Shown in pieces: positions 1-9,700 of a stretch of DNA of 64,000 nucleotides; position 1 is the stretch's first letter, and each line of letters starts with the position of its first letter. The stretch covers positions 640,001-704,000 of the forward strand of contig CAWJTV010000034.1 in NCBI GenBank assembly GCA_963845755.1, written 5' to 3'. The position numbers and the translations under genes are program-made. Source of the DNA: an uncultured Planctomycetota bacterium (GTDB taxonomy: Bacteria > Planctomycetota > Planctomycetia > Isosphaerales > Isosphaeraceae). The notes beneath the pieces were generated by a model, which was not told where the DNA came from, made no database searches, and saw nothing but the letters and a program-made list of their open reading frames with translations.

Positions 1-149
1 GCCATGCAGTCAACATTGGCGCAGATGCCCTGTTTGGTCGTCTTCGAGATGCCATAGAGGCAATCTCCCGATCTGACGTTGGGGCACCATGCAAGTACCA
101 ACGCGACCACCGGGAGCGACGTGAGCACTGACGGAACGCGCCTCATCAT
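1..149 (-). CDS. 5' end of a secreted hypothetical protein (runs off window)
   Basis: GGAGG RBS, then ATG ATG; translates MMRRVPSVLTSLPVVALVLAWCPNVRSGDCLYGISKTTKQGICANVDCM (signal-peptide-like, Cys-rich); not in ORF track. Confidence 0.6.
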   Translation of the reverse strand, partial: MMRRVPSVLTSLPVVALVLAWCPNVRSGDCLYGISKTTKQGICANVDCM

Positions 150-195
150 CCACCTCCTATAGTTCGCCTCAGGGAATACCGACAACGTCGCTGCG

Positions 196-620
196 GGGGT
201 CAGACCGGGTTTCTGGGACCAAAAAGGGGACATAGCGCATATTTGAACAGGAACCAAAAAGGGGGAAAAGGACCAAAAAGGGGACATAGCGCATATTTGA
301 ACATGCCGTGCTCTGAAGATTACCCACGAAATGTGCTACGTCCCCGTGTTCTCGCATATTTGAACATGCCGTGCTCTGAAGATTACCCACGAAATGTGCT
401 ACGTCCCCGTGTTCTCGCCCATGCCGTGCTCTGAAGATTACCCACGAAATGTGCTACGTCCCCGTGTTCTCGCCCCCGTTTTCTCGCCCCACGAAATGTG
501 CTACGTCCCCGTTTTCTCCCTTTCTCGCCCCACGAAATGTGCTACGTCCCCGTTTTCTCCCTTTCTCGCCCCACGAAATGTGCTACGTCCCCGTTTTCTC
601 CCTCGTCCCCGTTTTCTCCC
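196..620. repeat. REP/MITE-like inverted-repeat element with nested tandem duplications of both ends
   Basis: Left arm AAAAAGGGGACATAGCGCATATTT x2; right arm CCACGAAATGTGCTACGTCCCCGT(G/T)TTCTC x6 plus partial copies; arms are imperfect reverse complements; GGGGTCAGACCGGGTTTC abuts at 196-213. Confidence 0.85.
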
Positions 621-641
621 TACCTTATCAGATACTTCGTT

Positions 642-1637
642 TCACCGTCGCCGGCCGAAGAATCCGGCCGTCGTAGCGAAACCAATGACGAAGAGGACGA
701 GGCTGGAAGGTTCAGGGACAGATTCATAAGCTCCGATCACCTCGCTGCCGGAGATGCCAATCGCTATGGTAGAAGTGCTCCCGGACACGTGGAGCGTAGT
801 GTAAGTCGTCCCGTTGTACAGGAAGCCGTAATCAGTCCCGCCGCTTTGATAGAATCCGACCACGTTGCTGCCGTAGACGCCCAACGGCCCGGTCAATGTG
901 GCCCCAGGCACGGCGAGCGTGGTGTAGGTCCCCGCGTTGTACAGGTAGCCGTAATACTTCCCGCCGCTTTCATAGGTTCCGACCACGTTGCCGCCCGAGA
1001 CGCCCGCCGCTTCGGTCAATGTGGCCCCAGGCACGGCGAGCGTGGTGTAGGTCCCCGCGTTGTACAGGTAGCCGTAATACTTCCCGCCACTCTCATAGGT
1101 TCCGACCACGTTGCCGCCCGAGACGCCCGCCGCCCCGGTCAATGTGGCCCCAGGCACGGCGAGCTTGGTGTAGGTCCCCGCGTTGTACAGGAAGCCGTAA
1201 TCAGTCCCGCCGCTCTTATAGGTCCCGACCACGTTGCTGCCCGAGACTTGCCTTGCCGCAGTCAATGTGGCCCCAGGCACGGCGAGCGTGGTGTAGGTCC
1301 CCGCGTTGTACAGGAAGCCGTAATCAGTCCCGCCGCTCTTATAGAATCCGACCACGTTGCCGCCGTAGACGCCCGTTGCCTCGGTCATTGTGGACCCGCT
1401 CGGGGCGAGCTGGGTGAAGATCCCCGCGCTCTCCATGTAGCCGTAATTAGTCCCGCCGCTTATATAGAATCCGACCACGTTGCCGCCCGAGATGCCCGTT
1501 GGCACCGTCGCTGTGGACCCAGGCACGTCGGACAGGGTGTAGGTCCCCGCGTTGTACAGATAGGCGTGCCCCGCTTTCGCTTGCCCGTTGCCGAAAATGA
1601 GGACCGCAGCCGCCAGCAGCCATGTCAAGTGTCTCAC
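642..1637 (-). CDS. PEP-CTERM surface protein with seven ~41-aa repeats (HAF-like beta-propeller)
   Basis: RBS AAAGGAG, GTG start at 1637, signal peptide MRHLTWLLAAAVLIFGNGQAKA; repeats YGFLYNAGTYTTLAVPGATLT..GVSGGNVVGTY; C-term VPEPSSLVLF..FFGRRR. Confidence 0.9.
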   Translation of the reverse strand: MRHLTWLLAAAVLIFGNGQAKAGHAYLYNAGTYTLSDVPGSTATVPTGISGGNVVGFYISGGTNYGYMESAGIFTQLAPSGSTMTEATGVYGGNVVGFYKSGGTDYGFLYNAGTYTTLAVPGATLTAARQVSGSNVVGTYKSGGTDYGFLYNAGTYTKLAVPGATLTGAAGVSGGNVVGTYESGGKYYGYLYNAGTYTTLAVPGATLTEAAGVSGGNVVGTYESGGKYYGYLYNAGTYTTLAVPGATLTGPLGVYGSNVVGFYQSGGTDYGFLYNGTTYTTLHVSGSTSTIAIGISGSEVIGAYESVPEPSSLVLFVIGFATTAGFFGRRR

Positions 1638-1660
1638 TTGTCCGTCTCCTTTCGTCAATG

Positions 1661-1987
1661 GTAACCGTTCACCCCCCGTGAACCTTTTGTACAGTAAGTA
1701 CGTATTGCTGTGTATGAATCACAAGCTTCCGATCCCCGAACCACTCTGGAACACCATCCCCGCTGATGCCCAGGCCGCTCTTCTGACCGCCTGGAAGGAG
1801 ATGGAAGATCGGATTGCCGCGTTGGAAGCCCAAATGCGGGACCTCCAAGCCCGCCTACAACTCAATTTCACCAACCCGTCCAAGCCTCTTCATCCGACCC
1901 GATCGGCCTAAAATGCAAGCCGCCGTCCCCGCGAAAACGCGGGGGACAGCCCGGCCATCGCAAGGCGTTCCGAGTCTTGGTCCCGCT
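1661..1987 (+). mobile_element. IS66-family left-end fragment (DUF6444-like N-terminus, frameshifted, truncated)
   Basis: Starts GTAACCGTTCA, same end as IS at 3550-5090; ATG 1714 MNHKLPIPEPLW..RIAALEAQMRDLQARLQLN; shifted frame RKRGGQPGHRKAFRVLVP, then breaks off. Confidence 0.8.
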
Positions 1988-2013
1988 TGGGGGGAAAAAG
2001 GGGGACATAGCGC
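1988..2013. repeat. solitary left arm of the 217-620 repeat family
   Basis: GGGGGGAAAAAGGGGGACATAGCGC matches AAAAAGGGGACATAGCGC at 221 and 275. Confidence 0.7.
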
Positions 2014-2521
2014 TTTTGCCTTGTTCTTGCCACGGCCGAGTCGCTCGGGGTCACTGCAGGCCATACCGGTGTCGCAAGCCAACCCGGTGCTGCGGGCCAA
2101 GTCATGCTCGCGTACCACGCCGCAGACGCACAACAACTCCGGCCGAAGACCCCACCGTTCTTGAGCGGGCTCACCGCATGCTGCGCCGCTTCTTCCGGCG
2201 CGGATCGGACCCGGGCGATTTCACAGCAGTTGGCCGAGCCGGTCGTGATCCAAAAGACCGTTTTGATTGGCAATCGCCACCGACATCGCGGTGGTTTCTC
2301 ACCCAGCCGAACCGGGAAGCGATCGGTTCGGTGAATGAAGCACATGTTCTATTACGGGGTCGCCATCGGACCAATGGGTCGTCGATTTTTTCAGTCGGTC
2401 GAATCGAATACCCCGCCTGGATCCTGACCGCGAAGAGAACGGGTGTCAGGGACGGTACGGAACCGCTCGCATTTCCCTGCCACTACTCATAAGAATGCAG
2501 GGAGGCGGTCGTTTTATGACT

Positions 2522-3057
2522 TCAATCTTTCGCGGAGTCGCCTTTTTCTTTTTCTGACTGATCCATCCAACTGCGTAGCTTGTCCAGAATGCGCCGCTTT
2601 CGCGGCTGATCCCTGACTGGGTGAGGCAGAGCATCCCGGCGACTTCGATCTCCGTCTTTTCTTCCCAGAACAAGCCTTCGAGGAGGCGGCGTTGCGGATC
2701 GGGCAGCCGCTGAAGGCAGGTTTGCAATGACTCAGACATCTCGATGGACGACAATGCTTCGTCAAGCGCGACATCGCAATGATCGCCGCCCTCCAGGTGG
2801 CATCCGCAATGCCGGGCATAGGCCCATTCGCGCCGGTAGCGACTCAGAGACCGGGTCCAGACGCGCTGCTTGACGAAGGCGTCCAGTGAAACGCCGCGCG
2901 CCGGGTCGAAGTCTCGCTCCGCCTCCCAGGTGGCGGCGATTACCTCCGCCCTCAATTCCTCTGACCAGTCCCTCGGTGACCAGTTCGGCGGCACAGGCCA
3001 CGTGTGAATCGATCTTAGGAATCGGTGAGCCATCTCCGTCTCCCGATGCTCGTCCAC
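2522..3057 (-). CDS. sigma-70 family RNA polymerase sigma factor (FliA/WhiG-like region 2 + region 4), frameshift near 3' end
   Basis: DFDPARGVSLDAFVKQRV; LQRLPDPQRRLLEGLFWEEKTEIEVAGMLCLTQSGISR, then in shifted frame KRRILDKLRSW..AKD* ending at 2522. Confidence 0.75.
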
Positions 3058-3456
3058 CGTCGGACTGGACCGCTACCGGCGCAACAGACCTCGCATCATG
3101 CCACTCATCGGCCACAGCTTCCGTATGAACCGAGCACGCATCCGTCCGGAGTCGATACAACTCGCGAGGCAAGAGAAGATATTGTTGGGCCCTTTCACGG
3201 CCCGGCGGTCCGGCTCAGAAATAAGCGCCGGCGTCTGTTCGTTAGACCGGGCGACGCTGATCCGTCATGGATTCTTCCCGTCGATGGACGAAGAACCGGC
3301 CGCCCAGACAGGGCGGGAGCGTGACATCAACCGTTCTGACTTGATGTTAAGGGCCAATCCTTGGCCCTGGTCAAGGTCGGGGTATGACGTTGTTCCGGCG
3401 GCGCGAAGCATACCCTTCCTCGAGGCTACGGCTCCCCGCCCCGGGTCAACGCATTC

Positions 3457-4992
3457 CTACGACGCAGTTCTCCCACGTTGAGTGGAACCGGGATCAAGAT
3501 ACGATGAAAAGCCGGGCCGATCTTCGTCCAGAGGCCGGCTTGATTTGCAGCAACCGTTCAGTCCCCAACTCGGCCCAGGAATTGCGGTGCGGGTGAGGCC
3601 GGACCGATGTGCCACGATCGCTCCAACCAGATAATCCAACACCGGGCGGTTCTTCAATCGCAAGGTTTGGACCACCGTCAGCATCCGCTCCACGAAGCGG
3701 CACCCCGCGGCGCTGTGGCAGCCGAAGGCGTTCTTCCGCCACAACACGCCCAGGCGAAGGACTCGTTCGGCATGGTTGTTCGTGGGCTCGACCCCCTCAA
3801 GGGCCGCAAACAGCCACAAGGCGGGATACAAGGCCAACACGTTGGCACAAAAGGTCGCGGCCTTGGAATCCGCGCAGGAGCAACCCTGCTCCAAGGTGCT
3901 CTGGAGTTCGCGCACCATCCGCTCGACACGGGCTTGCAGGCCCGGCCGGTCGAGTTCGCCGCGGCGGAACGCCCACCAGTCGGCAAACAAGCATTCCACG
4001 ACCTCCAGGCCCACCCGTCCGATTGCGTCAGCGGGCCCTCCTCGATCGATCAGCTTCTGAAAGTCGCGCTTGAGGTGAGCCCAACAGATCTGCCGCAATT
4101 CCAGGGGCAGCTTGCTATAAGCCGACCAGCGGTCGCTACAGACGACGCCGGTGATCGCCTCACCCAAGAGGGCCTGAAGGCCCGCAAAACTCCGCCGGAG
4201 GTGGATCACGAAAAAGGCCGCTGTCGCCGTCGCCGCCGTCCACAGCCAGCGCTTCTGGCCTGCTTCACTCCAGCCGGTCTCGTCGGTGTTCTTCACCGCC
4301 GCGTCCCGGACTTCCTTCTGGACCTCTTGATATGCACCGGCCAAGGCGGCACTGGTCTCGGCTTCCAAGGCGATCACGGTCCCCAACGCGATCGGCACCT
4401 CGAAGACGGTCTCGACGATCTCTTCGACGGCTCGACGGCTCAGGTGATGACGTCCGGTGAGGTACGACATGACCGCAGCCAACCGCGGCGCGATGACATG
4501 GGCACGGATCTCGGCGGGGATCTCACCCCGATTGAGATGGCCACAGCCGGGGCAGGTGCGCACGTGTGCTTGGTGCTCGGTGATGATGGCCATCAGCGGG
4601 GGCAACTCGGCGACTTGGTGCCAGGTCGGCTCAGGATCGCCCGGTGCGGGTTGCTCGGGCAAGGGGGCTTGGCATTGGGTGCAGATCGTCGGCACGTAGG
4701 GGACGATCTTCTGAACCCGGTCCGGCGGGAGCCGATGGCGATGCGAGCCGGGATGTCCCGGTTGCCCGCCCGGTTTACGTCCACTGGCGGTCTTGACGAC
4801 CGACTTGGGGGCCCCCGGTGGATCGGCCGAAGGGGGTGAGGAGGAGTTGGAGGAGTGGCGGTTGAGTTGGCAGCGGAGTTCGTGGAGTTCGGCTTGCAAC
4901 TGGGCGATCTGTTGCTGGGCGAGTTCCAGCGCGGCCCAGAGCTTTCCGCATTCCGGACAGGCCGTCCCAGGGGTGGCAGGGAGATCGCTCAT
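3457..4992 (-). CDS. IS66 family transposase
   Basis: RKPGGQPGH, CxxC ribbons, DETGW, QICWAHLKRDF, EPTNNHAERVLR; the true stop is probably TGA inside the IR (~3558) after a 1-nt slip. Confidence 0.93.
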   Translation of the reverse strand: MSDLPATPGTACPECGKLWAALELAQQQIAQLQAELHELRCQLNRHSSNSSSPPSADPPGAPKSVVKTASGRKPGGQPGHPGSHRHRLPPDRVQKIVPYVPTICTQCQAPLPEQPAPGDPEPTWHQVAELPPLMAIITEHQAHVRTCPGCGHLNRGEIPAEIRAHVIAPRLAAVMSYLTGRHHLSRRAVEEIVETVFEVPIALGTVIALEAETSAALAGAYQEVQKEVRDAAVKNTDETGWSEAGQKRWLWTAATATAAFFVIHLRRSFAGLQALLGEAITGVVCSDRWSAYSKLPLELRQICWAHLKRDFQKLIDRGGPADAIGRVGLEVVECLFADWWAFRRGELDRPGLQARVERMVRELQSTLEQGCSCADSKAATFCANVLALYPALWLFAALEGVEPTNNHAERVLRLGVLWRKNAFGCHSAAGCRFVERMLTVVQTLRLKNRPVLDYLVGAIVAHRSGLTRTAIPGPSWGLNGCCKSSRPLDEDRPGFSSYLDPGSTQRGRTAS

Positions 4993-5090
4993 ACAGTCAT
5001 AACGATTCGGCTGGCGGAAACGATCGCATGAGTTTTGGCGAAGACTCGGCTCCTCGCATCATTCATGCCGTAGGGGGACTGAACGGTTAC
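3550..5090 (-). mobile_element. IS66-family element (single-ORF type), complete
   Basis: Terminal IR G(C/T)AACCGTTCAGTCCCC at 3550 and GGGGACTGAACGGTTAC ending 5090; 8-bp TSD GATTTGCA at 3542-3549 and 5091-5098. Confidence 0.93.
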
Positions 5091-5502
5091 GATTTGCAAT
5101 TGCCTCGAGCGTTGCGTCGGCGATGCATCAAGCCAAATCTGGACGAGCCTCGCTTCGATCAGACTGGCCGGAGTCATGTTACACGGAGTTATCTCGGTTG
5201 CAAGAATTTTTTGAAGTTTGTGTGAACTTGAAATCCTCAACTCAGTAAGGATTTCAACTCATGCTGGAGTCGGTCTGGGTCGGCAGGAACACGAGAAAGA
5301 ATCTCCGATCGGATGGACGAATTGAGGCGTGACCCTAAACTGTGGTTACCGATTGGGTTCAGCGACCAGCGGTGCATCAAGGCGTCATGGGACTGTTCAG
5401 AAGCAGACTCAACTCGTTTGAGTCATCGGAATTTGAGAGACTCCTCGCTGGACACCACCACGATTTGCCCCGTGGGGGCCAAACAAATCAGCCCGGGGCA
5501 AC

Positions 5503-6491
5503 CAACTTATTCCATTTAGGTCGCAAGTCTTTATGTCAGAACAATTTCCCTCCCAGGATCGTATCTATGTATGGAAGTAGAGACAATCCTCAGAGGAGGG
5601 CAACTATGGAACTGGAACTCTGGCCGCAACTGTATCACCTCGTCATGGCGGTGGGTGGCTCGATCCGCCAGGTCAACGTCTCCTACCAGCCCCACATCTT
5701 GGTCCTGGTCCACCTGTGGGCCGCCCTTCACGATCGACCGGCCTGCTGGGCTTGTGATCCTCGGCACTGGAAGACCACGACGCTCCAGCCGGGTCGTTTG
5801 CCCGCGCCCTCGACTCTGAGCCGACGACTCCGGAGCTTGGCCGTGGGCGTCCTCATGCGGACTTTGGCGACGCGGCTCCGCGATGTAGTCCCCCCGCGGT
5901 TGGTACAGATCCTCGACGGTAAGCCCTTGCCGGTTGGTGGTGCCAGTCACGATCCGGATGCCCGCAATGGCCACGGCGCCGGCAAGATCGCCAAGGGCTA
6001 CAAATTGCACGCCGTCTGGAGCAACCGTCCGATGCCCGAGGTGTGTTCGATCACACCGCTGAATGTCGCCGAGACCAAGGCCGCCGAGCAGTTGCTGCCG
6101 GAATTGGCCGACTGCGGCGGCGGTGGCTACGTGCTGGGCGATGGCGAGTACGACGCCAACCCGGTCTTCGACGCGGCGGGCGCCGCGGGCTACCAGTTGG
6201 TAGCCCCGCGCGAGGACCCCAAGGCCGGACTGGGACACCGCCGCCAAAGCCCGTACCGCCTCCGCTGCATCGAGCTGTTGCAGGGAGATTTCGGGAAGAG
6301 CCTCTACGCGATGCGCGGCGCGATCGAGCGATCCTTCGGCCAGGCGACCTCCTTCGGTGGCGGCCTGGGTCCGCTGCCGGCCTGGGTGCGCCGGTCGTGG
6401 CGGGTGTGGCGTTGGGTCTGGGCCAAACTGCTGATCAATGCTGTGCGGATCGTGAATCGACAAGGACTTACGTTCCAAATGGAATAAGTTG
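5503..6491 (+). mobile_element. ~990-bp IS (IS5/IS982-like DDE)
   Basis: Perfect 15-bp IR CAACTTATTCCATTT / AAATGGAATAAGTTG; 3-bp TSD AAC. Confidence 0.88.
5606..6487 (+). CDS. DDE transposase (DDE_Tnp_1-like)
   Basis: RBS GAGGAGG; LDGKPL, GYKLHAV, GDGEYD, RGAIERSFG; stop lies inside the right IR. Confidence 0.88.
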   Translation: MELELWPQLYHLVMAVGGSIRQVNVSYQPHILVLVHLWAALHDRPACWACDPRHWKTTTLQPGRLPAPSTLSRRLRSLAVGVLMRTLATRLRDVVPPRLVQILDGKPLPVGGASHDPDARNGHGAGKIAKGYKLHAVWSNRPMPEVCSITPLNVAETKAAEQLLPELADCGGGGYVLGDGEYDANPVFDAAGAAGYQLVAPREDPKAGLGHRRQSPYRLRCIELLQGDFGKSLYAMRGAIERSFGQATSFGGGLGPLPAWVRRSWRVWRWVWAKLLINAVRIVNRQGLTFQME

Positions 6492-6722
6492 AACGCCCCG
6501 GGAACCGAGGGACCCTCCCTGAATAAGCCCTGAATGGGCGACACAAGGAGGGTCCCCTGACCGGCCGTGTGTCGCCCTTTCAGGGCTTCGCGTGGGGTGG
6601 GCGACTGAGTCTCGGGGCGTTGCCCCGGGCTGGTATGTTTCGGCCCCCCTCCGGGGCAACGATCCGCCCCGAGCGCCGCCCGAGTCCGGTGGTGTTTAGC
6701 GAGGAGTCTCGAATTTGAGGTC

Positions 6723-9700
6723 TCAGCAATGCCATCGCCGCCGGGAGAATGGCGAGGGAGTGTCGGCGGGGGGCTGGACAATCCGGGCGGAGGGATCGGC
6801 CGTATCCCTGATCGCGGAAGACACGACCCTGGGTCTGGCGAACGCCCGAGAATTGAGCCGTATGCGGACTCCGGCCCATCCGGAGATCGGTGGCAACGCC
6901 GTCCGGCCCGAGCGGCGGCCGTGGCGTACCGAGCCGGTCAGCGTGCTTTTCTCAGGAATCGTCCCGATCAGCTCCAGTTGCTGGATGCTGCCAGCCGGAG
7001 CCTGGAACAGCTCCATCAGCCCGCCGCGGGCGAGCTTGAGCGTCACGACGTTGCCACCTCCGTCTGTGTAGGCGATTCGCGTCCCCGCGCCGAAGGTCGC
7101 GACGAACGGCGTACCGATCATTCCATCCGAGCCGGCGAGGAGGTCGCCGTTCGCGTCGGTCAGGCCGTTATTCAGGAGCGCGTTCGCCGCGCCGTCGATC
7201 ACGATTCGGTCGACGTGGTTCATCGGCAGCGGGGAGGCGGGGATCAGCGTGACGGTCAGGTTCGCGGCGATTGTAGACCGCGGAGCGAATCGGTGCGGAG
7301 CCAGCGGCGACACTGCCGAAGGCGCCTCCGCGACCGGCCGCGATAACGAAGGCCCCGTAGTTGGCCACGTTCTGCGCCTGGGACGAATTGAGTGGCGCAT
7401 TGAAGGAGAAGGTGACCGCTGTGATCCCGGCTCGACTGGTCGAGAGCTGCTCGGATGTGACGATCAACGGCTTGTCGATCGTTACGGTCTCGATTCTCGG
7501 GTTTCCCAGGAGGGCGCCGCCGGTGGGAGTGCTCAGGCTCAGCGCGACCGTCGCATCGTACGGATTCCCGCTGTTGCTGGAGATTGGTAGGCTGAACGAT
7601 TCTTGCAAGACGCCGGGCGGGAAGGCCAAGGTGCCCGCGACGGGCGTAAAGTCAACGCCCGGGATCGCACTGGCGGCCGTTGACGCATAGCTCACTCCGA
7701 CCGTTCCGCTCGATCCGCCCGATCGAACGACCGTGATCAACGCGTTACCCGCGGACGGTAGGAGGGTGACCGCAGCAGAGCCGAAGCTCAGCGTCCCGGC
7801 CGAGGCCGTGAGGCTCAGTGTCGCCACAGCCGGAGTACCTAGCGAACCGCCGGTGGGATCGCTCAGTGCGAGATTGACGGTCCATTCGCCGATATGGGTC
7901 AAGCTTCCCGCGAGCGGCACGGAGAAGCTCGCGGTCGTCTGGCCTGGACTGAAGTACAAGGTGCCGATCGCGGCCTTGTACTCGACGCCCGGCACGGCCG
8001 TGCCGCCGCCGGTCGCATAAGCGACCGACGAGCTGCCTGCGGGAGAATTCCGGGTCACGGTGATGAGGGCCGATCCCTCCGACTCGTCGTCCGAATAGGC
8101 TGACGCACTAAACTGGACTTCAATGGCCCGGGTGTCCACGATCGTCAGCACAGCCGTGCTGGGAGTGCCCAGGATCGCCCCGCCGGTCGGGCCGCTCAGC
8201 GTCAGGTCTACCGTCAGGCCGTCGGCTGGCGGAGAATTCGCATCGATCGGGATCGTGAAAGTCTGGACGCTCTGGTTGGGAGAGAATACCAAATTCCCGT
8301 GCGTTGCTGTGTAGTTGACACCTGGCACGGCCGTACCCCCGCCCGTGGCATACGCGACGGAGACCGTCGCGCCGATGTTGCCGGTGCGGGTCACGGAGAT
8401 TGTGGCCGAACTCCTCGACTCGTCAACCGAGACCGCCGCGGAGGCGAACTGGACGACGACCGGCGAGGTGAGCGTATCGTTCGAGAACGCAGACGTGTCG
8501 CCGTTGGACAGGTTCGTGGCGGTGGCCGAGACCGCCAGCCCGCCTGAGAGGGCGCCGGAGATGGTCAGGTTGATGGTCGCATTTCCGTTCGAATCGGTCG
8601 TCAAGACCGTCGAACCGATCAGCGTCTGCCCCTGACCGTGACCGGAAGGGTCGGCCGTGGCATTGCTGAAGAACTGGATCAGGAACGACGCGTCGGGCGC
8701 GGAGGCGAAGCTCGCTTGAATCAGCGTCGTCGTGACCGAGGGGATGCTCGCCGTGAGGACAGGGGCCGTTTGAGCATCGTTGCCTTGCCCACTCAAGATG
8801 ATTCCGAGTTGAGCATTGGAGAAGATGGCGTTGGAGAGCGCCGAGTTCCCCGTGCCCGCGGTGATGCCGATCCCCGAGCCGCCGTTGTAGGCGAGGGTGT
8901 TCGCCGCGCCGGCGTTCGTGCCGCCGATCGTGTTGTTCGAGGCGTTGCCGTCGATCGTCACGCCGTCCCCGGCGTTTCCGATCAGGTCCGAACCACCGGC
9001 GTTCGTGCCGATGAGGTTACCCCACAGGATATTGCCGATGCTGTCCGAGCCGCTGAGATGCACACCGTCGCCATTGCCGGCGATGACGTTCCCTGCCCCG
9101 GTGGCGGTCCCGCCGATGAGGTTGGCGGGGGCATTCAGGATCTCGACGCCGTCGGTGGCGTTGCCCATCGGTGCCGATCCGTCCGATGTCGTGCCGATCC
9201 GGTTGGCCGCGACCAGGTTGCCCGTCGCGGCCGAGCCTTCGAGCACGATCCCCGCGCCATTGTTCGCGACGACGTTCCCCGCGCCCGCAGCGGTGCCGCC
9301 GACGCTGTTGTCGCCGGCGCCGTAGAGGAAGACGCCGTCGAACTTGTTGGCGTTGTCGTCGTTCCCCGAGACCGTGCCGATGAAGTTGCCTTCAACGACG
9401 TTCGAGCTGGGCTCCGCGTTGGGGATCGCCGTCGTGGGGGAGTCGGCGGCGTCGAGCTGGGTGCCAGAGATCGTCACGCCGTTCCGGCCGTTGTCGGCGA
9501 TCGTATTCTGGGCGGCGGACGTGTTCCCGCCCACCAGGTTCCCTGAGGACGCGAGGAACACGCCGTCCCGGTTGGGAATCGGCTCGACCCGGCCGTTGCG
9601 GTTGTTGCAGCCGATCAGGTTTCCCTGGACGATGTTGCCGGTGGCGGCGGTGGTGCCCGTGGCGGTGGGTGTGGGGATGACGACGCCGGGGATCGTGCCG

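Larger units (their letters stand above)
5437..6710. mobile_element. MITE (~282 bp once the nested IS is removed) carrying REP-type palindromes
   Basis: 23-bp TIR GAGACTCCTCGCT(GG/AA)ACACCACC at 5437-5459 and 6688-6710; 8-bp direct repeat GAATTTGA at 5429-5436 and 6711-6718. Confidence 0.8.

Noticed and set aside
217..620. CRISPR array
   Set aside because: No unique spacers, variable unit length and no cas genes; ORFs called here are repeat translations.
642..1637. DGR template/variable repeats
   Set aside because: Repeats are in-frame protein blades, and differences are not adenine-specific.
1908..2492. Anti-sigma factor or RAYT downstream of the sigma gene
   Set aside because: No HUH or ZAS motif and no convincing ORF in any frame.
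5228..5257. CIRCE element
   Set aside because: Similar geometry, but the sequence does not match TTAGCACTC-N9-GAGTGCTAA.
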